Positions 25,041 to 37,990 of a DNA stretch of 64,000 nt are shown here, piece by piece. Source of the DNA: Octopus sinensis (taxonomy: Eukaryota). The stretch lies in NCBI RefSeq assembly GCF_006345805.1, contig NC_043003.1:84568001-84632000 (forward strand), written 5' to 3'. Under the pieces are notes generated by a model. That model saw only the letters and a list, made by a program, of their open reading frames with translations, did not search any database and had not been told where the DNA came from. Made by a program: the position numbers and the translations under genes. Numbering within the stretch: position 1 is the first letter of the stretch; every line of letters begins with the position of its first letter.

Positions 25041-26470
25041 ACTTCCGCATCCAATATGTCTGGGGTCATGTGCGTTTCACTTGTCTTTTTTCGCTGTACA
25101 AGGTCTCTCTCGCTGTACAAGGTCTCTCTCGCTGTACAAGGTCTCTCTCGCTGTACAAGGTCTCTCTCGCTGTACAAGGTCTCTCTCGCTGTACAAGGTC
25201 TCTCTCGTTTTGCAAGGTTTCTAAGAAATGATACTTTTGTTCGACTTGTGACGTGTGAAAGACCTTGCACGTTCGGCATCATTATTAAGTTGAGTTTGTA
25301 GTTGAGTTTAATGACAGAAATGGTGTTGTAGTGCACTGGGGTTATAGCAGTGGTTGGTACTGTGTGAGAGCTAAACGTCTTTTTTTGTTTTTCTTTTGCC
25401 AGATTCATTATCACTAAAAAATAATTTTCTTGTTTTGGGGAGGGGTTGTTGTCTGGAGTTGGTATGGTTGCACTGTTGAATATGGTTACAGTTATAATTT
25501 GCGACTGTTTGGTCGCTAAGTTTCGATGAAAGTTTGGACCAACACTGCCACTGTAAGGAATGTTTCTACTGTGGATTTGATGGTAGTTTGGTGTTATGCT
25601 TTTACTAGTGCATCGAGTCCTTGGAAGATTAATGAAGGGATAGTCAGACATCGGATACAATAGAGTTTAGGATTCCGGGTTACGTGTTTAGAAGTGGTTC
25701 AGTGTGATTTAGATTTCAGTGGTGGTATTGTTGTAAGATGTGTGGTTTGGCGTTGGCTGGTATTTCATGTACGAATTGTGCATCTTGTCCCAGTTAAATG
25801 GATGAAGTTACAGTCACTGCGTATGCATAGTCTCTCGTGTTGAGAACAGCGGAATATTTTGGGATTTCGTGTGTTCGAAATTTTATTTTATTTACATTTG
25901 GCAGATTTATCATGGAACTGTCAGGTACAAAATTCAGATTGAGGTGGACAGTGGAGGAAGAAATGGTAGTAGCAGTAGAATAGGATGACAATGGTAATGA
26001 TGGATCTCTTGTGTTATTCTGAGGAGAATTTGAGTGGCTTGATTGCAGAGAAGAGCTAGGGACTGTGTTGTTTAATAGATCATCAATTGTTCTAGTATTG
26101 AAGAGTGAATTCCAATGCTAATCTTGTTATTGTTGCTATTGTTTAGTTGTGTTAAGAGTAGTAGCAGTAGAGCATGATGGAAATAATGATGAAGGGTCTG
26201 TTATGATATTCCGAGGAAATGAGGAAGTGAACAGCTGAACTGTTAAGGGCTCTTGATTGTGGAGTTTAATCGGTCATCAACTGTTTTGGTATTGAAGAGT
26301 GAGCTCCAATGCTGATCTTGTTGTTGTTGCTATGGTTCATGTGGTGCTCACGGTAGTAGTAGTAATAGAACATGATGAGAATGATGGTGATGAGTTACTT
26401 GTGGTATTTCCAAATAAATAAGGAAGTGGACAGCAGTAAGGGTGAAGGGCTCTAGAGTGTGGAGTTTAAT
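25041..26470 (-). mobile_element. CR1/L2-like LINE 5' fragment (ORF1-like region plus start of AP endonuclease), copy 1
   Basis: IMMPNVQGL...TKVSFLRNLA and SETHMTPDILDAEV; homologous to 43640-46020. Confidence 0.75.
25092..25205. repeat. 19-bp minisatellite, 6 identical units (CGCTGTACAAGGTCTCTCT)
   Basis: Unit starts at 25092, 25111, 25130, 25149, 25168 and 25187. Confidence 0.95.
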
Positions 26471-27119
26471 AGTTACATTAAACACGTACATGTTGACATA
26501 TGGAAGATTCAATCAGAATGTGAATTCAATCAGAATTCAATTATACGTATGTATGTATGTATGTATGTATGTATGTACGTATGTGTATGTGTTTGTATAT
26601 CCATGTATGTATGTATGTATGTATGTATGTATGTATGTATGTATGTATGATTTAATTTTATTGCTGAGGATTCTTTAGTACAATAATATATCTTTCTATG
26701 GATTTGGAGTGGGGAGATTCGTTTTATTTATTTTATTTACTTTAAGCAACAAATTTTAGGGGGTGTAAGCCCCTTCACCCGCACCTGTTCCGTTTTCATA
26801 CGTAACATAAATTAAGTACAGCCTCTCTAGAACTGTAGAATCAAATACGGTAGGAATATTTTTTTCATATAAATCTTTAGCATGAAGATGAATAACCCCA
26901 AATTCTCCATGATAGTATAATACTACATAACAATGATGAGGATAATCTTGGATCTGAGGATTCCCTGTTTAGCTCTAATTGGACGTCCTCCGTCATTAGG
27001 CAGACTCAAGCATGTATTTATGAATTTGTATACCGTGAACATTTGATCCCATTCGTCTGTCTCTCATTTTCTTTAATATACCCCATCCCATATACAAACA
27101 CATTATGTGATACCTGTCT

Positions 27120-28102
27120 TTATACTGCTTCCTTTACCCGATATTATGCCATCCAGCCAATTTTGAGCGCAGCACCAACCTTAGTCTTCGGAATATTCCG
27201 TCCTCATTTGTTCTTTCATTTCCTTCTCCATTATCTCGTTGCTCTAGTACACAAAGTATTCGTAGCCTCCCGTTTCAATTTGTTTAATCAAGTCTCTATT
27301 CGGTAATTTTATCCGGTCTAGAGACTGTACTTTGCTTCATTTTAGGTAGCTTATTCTGCACTTCTTGAGTCCAAATCCCATTCTAATATCAGCACTAAAT
27401 CAGTCGACCCTGTTCCTCAAGGAACTCATTTGTTTCTCATTCTTACCAAACAGTTCCAAATCCTCCATGAAGAGGAGCTGGCTGATTGTTTGGGATTTTC
27501 CCTTTAGTGGTGCCCCAGGTTCATTTTCTTAAGTATCGAGGTCAGGGACATCATGCAGAGAACAAAAAGCAACGAAGATAGGCTATTACCTTGGAAAATC
27601 CATCATCTGATACCCAGGGTAACCAAGCTTTTTCGGTAAGACGTCAGTTCAGTTTTACACCCCACCATATTTCTCTTCAGAAAACGTTACATTCCTTTCA
27701 ATTCCGAACAGATCTAAGCACTCGATGATCCACGAATGTGGAATCATACCATAAGCTTTGCGACAGTCAATCCAAGAACATTTCTAAATGTATTCTCCTT
27801 CTTTTACAATCTTGCATTACCATTTTGTCAATCAATAATTGATCTTTGGTACCTCTACATCTCCTTCAACGGCCTTTTTGTTCCGTCGGTAATATATCGT
27901 TCTCATCAAGAAATTTGTACAATTCTTCAGCAGTTCTTCGTGACAGTGACTTCCACATTAACAGGAGACAATAAATTGATCTGTAATTGTCAGCAGCATT
28001 TCCCTTTGATGCATCCTTCAGACACAACACCGTTCGTTCCTTTGTCAACCGGCACGAGATTTCTTCTTCTCCGTTGATCAATGCATTAAATTGCTCGGCG
28101 AT
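27120..28102 (-). mobile_element. Degenerate R4/Dong-type reverse transcriptase fragment
   Basis: TVLCLKDASKGNAADNYRSIYCLLLMWK; EQKG; [10 protein letters not shown]; [15 protein letters not shown]; IFQGNSLS; LFMEDLELF; GFGLKKC. Abuts (ATT)n at 28105-28159. Confidence 0.8.
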
Positions 28103-28104
28103 CA

Positions 28105-28159
<55 letters not shown>

Positions 28160-28160
<1 letters not shown>

Positions 28161-28590
28161 GGTGGCGTGCTAGCAGAATCGTTAGCATACTGGACGAAAT
28201 GCTTGGTCGTATTTTGTCTGGTACGTTCTAAGTTCAAATTCCTCCGAGGTCGACTTTGCCTTTCAGGGGGTCGATAAATTAAGTACCAGTGAAACACTGA
28301 GGTTGATGTAATCGACTAGTCTACTCCACCAAAATTTCAGGCATTGTACCTTTAGGAGAAAGGATTATTATTGAGGCGTTGGGCCGACAGAATCGTTTAG
28401 GCGTCAGACAAAATGCTTAACAGACTTTCCGACTCTTTACGTTCCGGACGCAAATCCCACAGAAGTCACCTTTACTTTACACGCTTTCGGAGTCGATGAA
28501 AAATAAGCTACTCGAGTATTGGGGTTAATATAATCGACACACTCCCTCCTCTTGAAATTGAAAGCCTTAAGGCAAAATTAGAGACCCAGG
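28160..28590 (+). mobile_element. Two consecutive family C SINEs
   Basis: Heads at about 28160 and 28375, each with the family C core. Confidence 0.75.
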
Positions 28591-28891
28591 AGAGGAAAGG
28601 TATTGCAACAGATATGCTGGTGGTGGGATTAGCCTTGACTTATTCGTCAATATTAGGGCTCGTACTGTAAGACATGAGGGAACGAAAGCTGTTCGATGAT
28701 CCCGGACAGCAGAAGCGTAACAGGACTATAGAACGGATCAGGAAGGGTGCTTGCTACTTGATTACGAGCAGATGTGTATGGCGTTTCGTTGACATTTCTC
28801 TGGGATATTCGGACCGATAAAATAAGTACCAGTTGTTCACAACGGTCCGGGATTGCTGGCCTAGAGCCAAAATTTGAAACAATTATTATTA

Positions 28892-28934
<43 letters not shown>

Positions 28935-28935
<1 letters not shown>

Positions 28936-29437
28936 GAGTGAGACAGCAGAGCATGCCATCAAAGTGACACTGGGGTAAAATATATGAAGCCCAGTATATC
29001 TACAAGGCACATGCATCACAACCATATGTGAACGACATGGTGATCTCATATCAAGATAAACAGTGCATCAACTTGCAGGTGGCGTACGTTTAGAATTTTC
29101 TACAGGTTGAGTAGCCCATCCCACTTAAAAGGCCCCTGAAAGTTGTTTAAGGGTGTTGAACGAAATACCCATCGTTCCCAAGGTGAATTATCCAAATCCC
29201 AAAGAATTCTTTCAACATATGGCTATGATGCTCCCCCACTACTTCTACTCGTGACCAGAGATGCATATATTGTCAGCCACTAAGGGACATGCTCAAACAA
29301 CTGACAAGCAAATCTGCGGTATTGAGCAGAATGTTTGTTGTAGCCCATCTTTTATACCAAGACAAAACAATGTACATGGTAATACTTCCAGTCAGTTAAG
29401 ATTAAAAGCCATGACAGCCACTGCCTGTTATTGCATA
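28935..29437 (-). mobile_element. Unclassified element of about 500 bp embedded in (TAA)n
   Basis: Non-coding, higher-GC block with (ATT)n on both sides and TATAAAAG near its minus-strand 5' end; orientation inferred from the longer TAA tract. Confidence 0.45.
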
Positions 29438-29460
29438 TTATTATTATTATTAGGGAGAGA

Positions 29461-29842
29461 GGAAGCACTCCGTCGGTTACGACGACGAGGGTTCCGGTTG
29501 ATCCGAATCAACGGAACAGCCTGCTCGTGAAATTAACGTGTAAGTGGCTGAGCACTCCACAGACACTTGTACCCTTAACGTAGTTCTCGGGGATATTCAG
29601 CGTGACACAAAGAGTGACAAGGCCGGCCCTTTGAAATACAGGTACAACAGAAACAGGAAGTAAGAGTGAGAGAAAGTTGTGGTGAAAGAGTACAGCAGGG
29701 ATCACCACCATCCCCTGCCGGACCCTCGTGGAGCTTTAGGTGTTTTCGCTCAATAAACACTCACAACGCCCGGTCTGGGAATCGAAACTGCGATCCTATG
29801 ACCGCGAGTCCACTGCCCTAACCACTGGGCCATTGCGCCTCC
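29461..29842 (-). mobile_element. Family B SINE, tail type 2 (young)
   Basis: Near-identical to 48178-48564; inserted in (ATT)n. Confidence 0.9.
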
Positions 29843-29857
29843 ACATTATTATTATTA

Positions 29858-29892
<35 letters not shown>

Positions 29893-30619
29893 CAGTATAC
29901 ACTAAAGTAGGTAAAATACCGAACAAAAATACTTTGCAGTATTTAAATTCTTTTACGTTTTCATTTCAAGCCTCACTGTTTGACTTTAGCCTTCATGTGC
30001 TCCGGCAAAAGAAAGGCTGTTGGAGAATAGGTCGGCCGATCGCCGGATCAGTTTCACACACGATAGCAGCTGTTCGACATAACTCTGCAAGACAGCAATG
30101 TACCAGACAAACATTAATGTTCAACATAATCGACGATACACGCCCACCGACCCACTAAGTAATGCCCTGTACCAATGTCAATAGCCGTTATTATCGTAAT
30201 TTCCTCATTCTAACTGCTTTTCTGTATCCTACTCTGCAACAAGCCCTAGCCAGTTCTAAATAATCTCTTTAATATAAAAATTTCCTTTATTAGTGGCCAC
30301 TTTGTTTAAATGTCTTTCATTTGAAACCATTTAAATAACAAATGAAACAAATTGTATGGGAGGAAGAGGACAGAGCATTGTAGCTCTGCTTTTGTGAACG
30401 CCTAGGAATGTGTTGATAACATGGAATAATTGCTTTTATTACTGATTCATTAGATCTTTTGTCATTAAGTTATATTAATCTTTTCCTCAGATTGTTCTCG
30501 TAATTCTGTCCCAGTCACTAGAAATAGGACTTAAATTAACTATACTTCATATATAAAGAGACACACTTCTGGTCGAGTAATTACTTCATGCAGTTGTTTT
30601 TGGTGTTGTTGTTTAAGTT

Positions 30620-31400
30620 TCATGTCAACTTTTATTGAATAGACATATGATCAAAGGCGAGAGTTGGTTATTAATTCTAGTTAGTCTAGTAATCATTCAA
30701 GGATTTCCTTGCCGGCTCGCACAAGTGGAATTTTTTTTCTGGAACGTATTAAGAATGAATATGCATGCTATGGTTCTGATTTTTGCTGTTCACCGTGCGC
30801 AAGGCGATTTATTTCAGTTGGCAGATATCAGCACACATCAGCAAACAATTTGTCTGATGCATGTATACAAGGAGAAGCAACAAAGTATTGTTAGAAGCAT
30901 AAGTCCGGGATAGCTTTGGCTGAGAAGTCATAACGATGTCGAAACACTCGATGTCCTGAAGTCTTAAAAGAAATTTTTCCGACAAAATGCAACAATGATT
31001 AGTATATTCACGTTCGAATCTGTCAGAATGCATTAATAATGAATATGCCTGTCATTGTTATTTTAAAGGTTGCTGTAAATTTAAAATTTACGGTCGACAA
31101 TTACATCACAGTAAATATATCGTCTGTAATTTCATCATCTTTAATCTCATCACCTGGTAGTTACATTCCAGGGCAGTTATACGGCGTGTCTATACATCGT
31201 AGTAAATTCCTTGTTATGTAGAACAATGGACATGAGTTAAAATAATAAAATAAGAATAGTAATAAACGAGTGAAAAAGAAATATATAGTGCGCGTGTTTG
31301 TTTGGCCAAAATAAAAAATAACCGTCCCGAAATACAACAATATCTGTCTCAACACACGATTTCACGTCAGCAATCTTGCAACACATACTGATAAAAGTAA
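30620..31400 (-). pseudogene. Highly degenerate mariner-like transposase remnant
   Basis: Only patchy motifs (GDEIKDDE; KKF...GK) and a terminal stretch similar to 33090-33160; a second remnant (ILHRITSGD) lies at about 32560-32950. Confidence 0.35.
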
Positions 31401-31882
31401 AAATACTTTTCGTTTACATGGAAGTAAAAAAAATGAACGCAATACATTCATTAATCAACCCTGTCGCTTTTTAAATACTTATAGATATTTCCTTGTGTTG
31501 CAGTCGAGATAAATCATAATTTACATATATTGACCGGCTGTTTAAAAGTTAAGAAATATCAAACCCCTTAAAAGGAAAAACAGCTCATTGATTGAAGTCA
31601 TTTATTTGGATCAAGAATATAAAACGAGTTGTCCTGCAATAATCCACACAGGAAAGATTCCATTTACACTCGACTGGGTGATCATAATCACGCAGGTAAC
31701 ATTGCTTATATTACTACTGCCAAACTGATTAATTTGATAAATATAAAAGCACTTGCAGCTCAGGAAATATTTCATTGCATCGTAACACAAGACTACACTG
31801 GGTTGTTGTTAAACAGCTGTGGATCAGCTACCCTCAGCACCCTCGTGAAAAGAACATCCGAAGCTCTCACAATTTATCAGCG

Positions 31883-32461
31883 TACGAAGGGGTGCTGGAA
31901 AGTTCTTGACTTATAGTAAGAGAAAATACAAGGGGTTTAGTTAAAATGTAATGGGTAAAGACCCCCTTCTATCATGAATGACCGACCCTGGTTTGCACAT
32001 GGAAAGTTCCCCTCCAAGGCACAAGTCCGGGTAAAGTTGTTTATGGAAGACCAGCAGTCACTCATTTATACAAGCCTATCTTCTCCACGCCACCGATGTC
32101 ATCCAAGAGAAAGGCAAAGGAACCAGTGACATCGTAACTCATTTCTACATCTGAGTGAACTGGAGCAACGTGTCTTGCTCAAGAACACAACACAGCCCAG
32201 TCTGGGAATCAAACTCACTACCTCGTGATTGTGAGCTCGACGCTCTGACCACTGATCCATGCGCCTTCTCGGTGATGGAGGATTAGTTAATTATGATTTT
32301 ATGATCTTATTCAACATATTCCCCTCTCAGATTCACACACTTATTGCAGTGGTCCTTCATTTTTTCTAAGCCCTGTAAAAGAACTTGGGAAGTTGGGCCT
32401 CCAATCAGGCTTTTCGCGATACTCTTAAAGCCAGGAACTTTTCCACACCCACTCCCCCGTA
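31883..32461. mobile_element. Mariner-type MITE interrupted by a SINE
   Basis: Left TA-CGAAGGGGTGCTGGAAAGTTCTTGACTT and right AAGCCAGGAACTTTTCCACACCCACTCCCCCG-TA form imperfect TIRs with TA at both ends. Confidence 0.7.
31954..32268 (-). mobile_element. tRNA-derived SINE family E (family D-like head and core, different tail)
   Basis: GAAGGCGCATGGATCAGTGG A-box, GAGTTTGATTCCC B-box, TTGTGTTCTTGAGCAAGACAC core. Confidence 0.8.
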
Positions 32462-33860
32462 CGTTCTGCTTAATTCAGTGAATTTACTCCAGCTTCAAAA
32501 TTCGCATGTACGAGTAGATAGGAAAAAAAACATTCTAATCAGTCTTTTCTTCTACTCGTTAGCAATGATGGATCAGGCAAAGTTATGTAATTTTCGATTC
32601 AAAGAAATCTCCAGATGTTATCCGATGCAAAATGTTTTCATGACAGTTTGACAGTTATTCAATCACCTTAACATGCTTACCCTTTAGTTCGCGTTTAAAG
32701 ACCAGAAGAACCGAAATGCGTTACTTCAGGATTTTCTCAGAATGAAAATCCTTTGAGCAAACTTTATCAACGCAAAAGATATTGAGCGAGAACCATCAAT
32801 GCTTTGTAATGCAATCTTTCTTCAAATGAACTCAAAAAGATTGTTTACTCCATTTCTCCTGATATATATATTTCGAAACATTTAAACAAATGGTCGGCAT
32901 TATCTGTACGAAAAATAAGGCAGATATTGCATTGAAGATGTATATTGTTCCAGCCATTCCATTACGTTTGTGCCTGTCGTAAGTGTTCATTCTTCTGAAT
33001 ATTAACAAGTTCGAAATAAACTTATGCCAATATAATTAACACACACGCTCAGCGTGTGTTAATTATACTGACATAATGACTCTCCCTAGACGCAACGAAA
33101 TTTGTTTCAACACACGAATTCACACAAAGAATCTTGCAAATAAGATACAAAAACGAAGTGAAATAAACTTAACCAGAGTTGAATTATATTCATATGTGGC
33201 TTACTCCCTCACATAGAACACCGATCTCCTCGCTTCGATCATACACTTTGGATTTACGGTTACAGCACAATCATAAAAGTATCAAGGATTATGTAAAAAA
33301 GATCTTTATTATTGATGTATATCAAAACGATTTCAACTATAAATTAAAGGACATAAACGTAGCCGAATGGTTTTAAATCCACTTTCTTTCGACTTGTTGA
33401 CCGTTGCATTATAAAACCTCTGCTACCTCTAGCTCTCAAATCAGCAACCACTGGCAAGGTTGCCAACGTTTGCTCACTATTCACAGCAGCTTACCGTTAT
33501 TAACGCCGCCAAAAATAAACACTATTAAAGACGGGAAATTATAAAGATCTTTTGAGCGATAACTGATTAGGAATAAGCAACGTCCTATCTCGTGTGCGAA
33601 TTTTGTATTTGTTTGGCTATTGTGTTTTCGTTTAAATTCTAGTCGACTTTGCTTTTCGTGATCGATAAATTATGTACCAGTTGCGTGCTGGAATCGATCT
33701 AATCGACTGTTCCATTCCTCCAAAATTTCAGGCCTTGTGCCTAGAGCAGAAAAGAGTATTGACTGAAATTTTGCGTAATTACACAAAAAAATATATATCT
33801 ATATATCTATATGTGTGTGTGTATGTACATATGTGTATACACACACACACACACATACAC

Positions 33861-33936
<76 letters not shown>

Positions 33937-34296
33937 TGTATGAGAATTACTTAATACAGTTTTGAAGAGTAAAGGTGATATTTAAAAAAATTATTTAAAA
34001 GAAAATGTTACGAAATCTTTTATCAGGATGTTACTAACCTTTTTGGGAAGAAGTTTTTTTTAGTGTGTTACCACTTTCGTTTAACCTTTTCGAACACACA
34101 CACACACACACACACATACATCCATATATATACATATGCATATATATATGCATATAGATATACACATATATAATATATATATATATATTATATATATAAT
34201 ATACTTATAATGTATATAATAGAGTATAGTTTTATATGTGTGTATATATGTTTTTATATATATATATATGTGTGCGTGTCTGTGCGTGTGTCTGTG

Positions 34297-34337
<41 letters not shown>

Positions 34338-34522
34338 TCAAGGGACGCTTTCTCATTGAAGAACATAAATTCTATTACAGATGGAATGGACGAATTACTT
34401 GTTTGTTGGGGTTGGACATATTTTCATAATCTCGTGATGTCATTATTTAATATTTTAATAAGTAGCAATCAAAAACATAGAATTTTCGACACACACCCAC
34501 ACATGCATACACACACACAGAC

Positions 34523-34563
<41 letters not shown>

Positions 34564-34813
34564 CATATGCACACGCACATGAACACCCACACATACATAC
34601 AACGTACAATTCCCTTTAATAATATTGGCTGGATGCAGAACTGTCTATTCTTGGTATCTACTTATCTGCCTCTTTAATTCTTTCTTTTATTGATGATTAT
34701 TATTAGAATTCCTCTTTGTATCTTTATTTGGCCAGCCTTTATGCTTACATGTATTTATATACATGTATGCGTACATACACTCTTTGCATTTATTTGTGTC
34801 AAATTTCTAATAC

Positions 34814-34850
<37 letters not shown>

Positions 34851-34925
34851 CTCTCCCTCGTCTCTCTCTCTGAGTCTCTCTCTCTCTCTCTCTCTATCTC
34901 TGTCTTGTGAGTGTGTGTGTGTGAG

Positions 34926-34960
<35 letters not shown>

Positions 34961-34962
34961 AA

Positions 34963-34999
<37 letters not shown>

Positions 35000-35206
35000 A
35001 ATTGCAGTGTGGAAGGTGTTTATAAGCCGTTTAAAAAAAAAAAAGCATGAAATTTTGTCAGTGAACAGGCCACGGTTTCAAACCGGCGGAAGTATTTTGA
35101 CACAAATTAAATTTAAATGTTGAAGTGAAATCTAATGGTTTGTGTTTGTGTGCGTGTGTGTGTGTGTATGTTTTAATGGCTTATAAACACCTTCCACGCT
35201 GCAACT
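35000..35206. mobile_element. MITE with TIRs of about 35 bp
   Basis: TTGCAGTGTGGAAGGTGTTTATAAGCC at the left end is the near reverse complement of GGCTTATAAACACCTTCCACGCTGCAA at the right end. Confidence 0.8.
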
Positions 35207-35272
35207 GTTTTTGATTCAGCACACGATCTCAGATCAAGTCACTTGCTATTGAAGTATGGAAGTACATCTACG

Positions 35273-35347
<75 letters not shown>

Positions 35348-35649
35348 TAGATAATATAAAATTATGTATATGTACATACACATATGTACATACCTACATA
35401 TATATGTATATATACATGCATATATGTGTACAGGACATCGAAAAAAAAACGTTGAACACAATGAGAAAAGAAAACATAAACGCAAAAACATAGAAACGAA
35501 CTTTTTTTGCAGACAACGAAAAAGACAAACAAACAGAGAAATGAAACAAACAACATAAAGAATATTCCTCTTCTTCAGTTGTCCCTGTTTCAACTACTTC
35601 ACGTTTCGAAGGCAAGGACAAGACGCGACTTCTTTGAAATAGTCCTGAC

Positions 35650-35829
35650 TTGAAGGGATTTAGTCGAATAAAATGACCCCAGGACTTATTTCTTAAGCCT
35701 AGTACTTATCCTATCGATCTCTTTTTGCCGAACTGCTAAGTTACGGGGACGCAAACAAACTAACACCGGTTGTCAGGCTGAGATGAGAGGGACAAAAACA
35801 TACACATGACGCATACATGCATAGATATA

Positions 35830-35866
<37 letters not shown>

Positions 35867-36002
35867 CGGGTTTCTTTCAGTGTCTGTCAACCAAAACTAC
35901 GGACAAGGCTTTGGTCGGCCTGTGGCTATGGTAGAAGACACCTATCCAACAGTGGAACTAAACCTGGAACCATATGGTTGGGAAGCAAGCTTCTCATCAC
36001 AC
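35650..36002 (-). mobile_element. Family A SINE, 3' end missing
   Basis: Homologous to the full copies. Confidence 0.75.
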
Positions 36003-36318
36003 GATCATATATATTTATATATAATAAACATGAAAGGAAAGTGGATTATATGGATATTCCTACACGCATTTCAGTAGCAAATTTATTATTTACACATTGT
36101 GTCATACAATTTGGTGAGGAATAACATGCAAGATTATATAAAATTATGCAATCAGGAGTGTACATAACATTTCCGCATTTACAGGTAATATTCCTTTTGA
36201 AGAATATCAAAGTATATGGTGTGCGTATGTGTGTGTGTGTGTGTATGTGTGTGTGTGAGCGTGCGTATGTGAATGTATGCGTGTGTGTGTGTTTGTGTGT
36301 GTTTATGTATATATGTAT

Positions 36319-36531
36319 CTTTTATCCACTTGTTTCAGTAATCAAAGCGCAGCCATGCTGGGGCACCGCCTTGAAGAACTCTTAGTTGAATGAATCGATT
36401 CCAGTACTTGATTTTTTTTAATGCCTCGTATTTATTCTAACGAACTCTTTGGCCGAACCACTAAGTTACGAGGACGTAAACACACCAACTGTCGAGCAGT
36501 GGTGGGGGTTGGGAGACAAATACATACAAAC
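36319..36531 (-). mobile_element. Family A SINE, 3' half
   Basis: Homologous to the full copies. Confidence 0.75.
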
Positions 36532-36539
36532 GACGCGTG

Positions 36540-36940
36540 TATATGGAAAAATGGCTTTTGTCGTTGAACTGAGGTTCAGTTAAGTAACTTAGTGTCTGGT
36601 TCGAAACTAATATCTAAGTGGATGAAACTAGTAAAAGTCGTGAACAGAGTGGCTAGTCTCAATCAGATATGGTTTGAGAGGAAGCTCATCCTAGAATATC
36701 GGATGGGGGTAGTCGGAGTATATATTGCTTCGGCGGTGTATTTTTGTCATATGTAGTCACCAGATTGGAACGTATAGTCGGTCACCAGGTTGGATCGTAT
36801 GATCTTTCGCTTCTTGTGGAGCAAACAGACTCTGCTAGCCAGAAGGCGTATCTAATGCCAACGTGCACGGCAAGCGGATCATGGTTTGTCGCAGATGCTA
36901 ATGCACAGGTTGGTGCAGAGGCTGACACATGTGTAAAGGT
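36540..36940 (+). mobile_element. Tx1/L1-like LINE ORF2 C-terminal remnant
   Basis: YIASAVYFC; LDRMIFRFLWSKQTLLARR; LMHRLVQRL.H, across frameshifts. Confidence 0.55.
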
Positions 36941-36961
36941 TCTTAATTCCTTGCTATGGTT

Positions 36962-37384
36962 ACTCTCTTTACTATTTTACTCTTTTACTTGTTTCAGTCA
37001 TTTGACTGCGGCCATGCTGGAGCACCGCATTTAGTCGATCAAATCGACCCCGGGACTTATTCTTTGAAAGCCCAGTACTTATTCTATCGGTCTCTTTTGC
37101 CGAACCGCTAAATAACAGGGACGTAAACACGCCAGCATCGGTTGTCAAGCAATGCTAGGGGGACAAATACAGACACACAACCACACCCCCCCACACACAC
37201 ATATATATATACATATATATACATATATACGACAGGCTTCTTTCAGTTTCCGTCTACCAAATCCACTCAAGGCATTGGTCGGCCCGGGGCTATAGCAGAA
37301 GACACTTTCCCAAGAGGCCACGCAGTGGGACTGAACCCGGAACCATGTGGTTGGTTAGCAAGCTACTTACCACACAGCCACTCC
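36962..37384 (-). mobile_element. Full-length family A SINE with 25-bp TSD
   Basis: AGGTTCTTAATTC(C/T)TTGCTATGGTT at 36937-36961 and 37385-37409. Confidence 0.92.
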
Positions 37385-37817
37385 AGGTTCTTAATTCTTT
37401 GCTATGGTTGATCTCAACATTTTTTCAGACGTAATAAAAAATTGTACAAAAACCGTTTCTTATTTCTGCTTTTTTTTTTTACTTATTTTACTTTGTTACG
37501 GTCTTTCACTTCCTGTGTTCAGTTCCTGGTACAGCTGGCTAATTATAGTCTTGTTAATTACTAGGTTCGATATAATCAACTTTCTTCCCTAATTTTAGTC
37601 CCTTAATGGCTTCAGTCGTAAGACTGCAGCCATGATGAAGCACCGAGAAATAATTACTATTAGGAGGAGCATGGCAGTGCCAACGAAAATATTCCAAATA
37701 TTAAATTATATTCGTGGGTTGAAAATGTCTTTGTGCGATTCGAAATCAGGAATTCTATCTCTCTCTATAAATACCTACCTATTGTGTATGTTTGTGGGTA
37801 TGAACACAGACACATGC

Positions 37818-37848
<31 letters not shown>

Positions 37849-37952
37849 ATACATATAATATATATATATATATTATATATATATATATATACATGTATAT
37901 ATATGTATGTATTTATGTATATATATACATATATATATATATATTATATATG

Positions 37953-37990
<38 letters not shown>

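Noticed and set aside
25092-25205. 19-bp direct repeats (also 44451-44659) as a CRISPR array
   Set aside because: Units are contiguous with no spacers, there are no cas genes, and the context is eukaryotic; this is a minisatellite.
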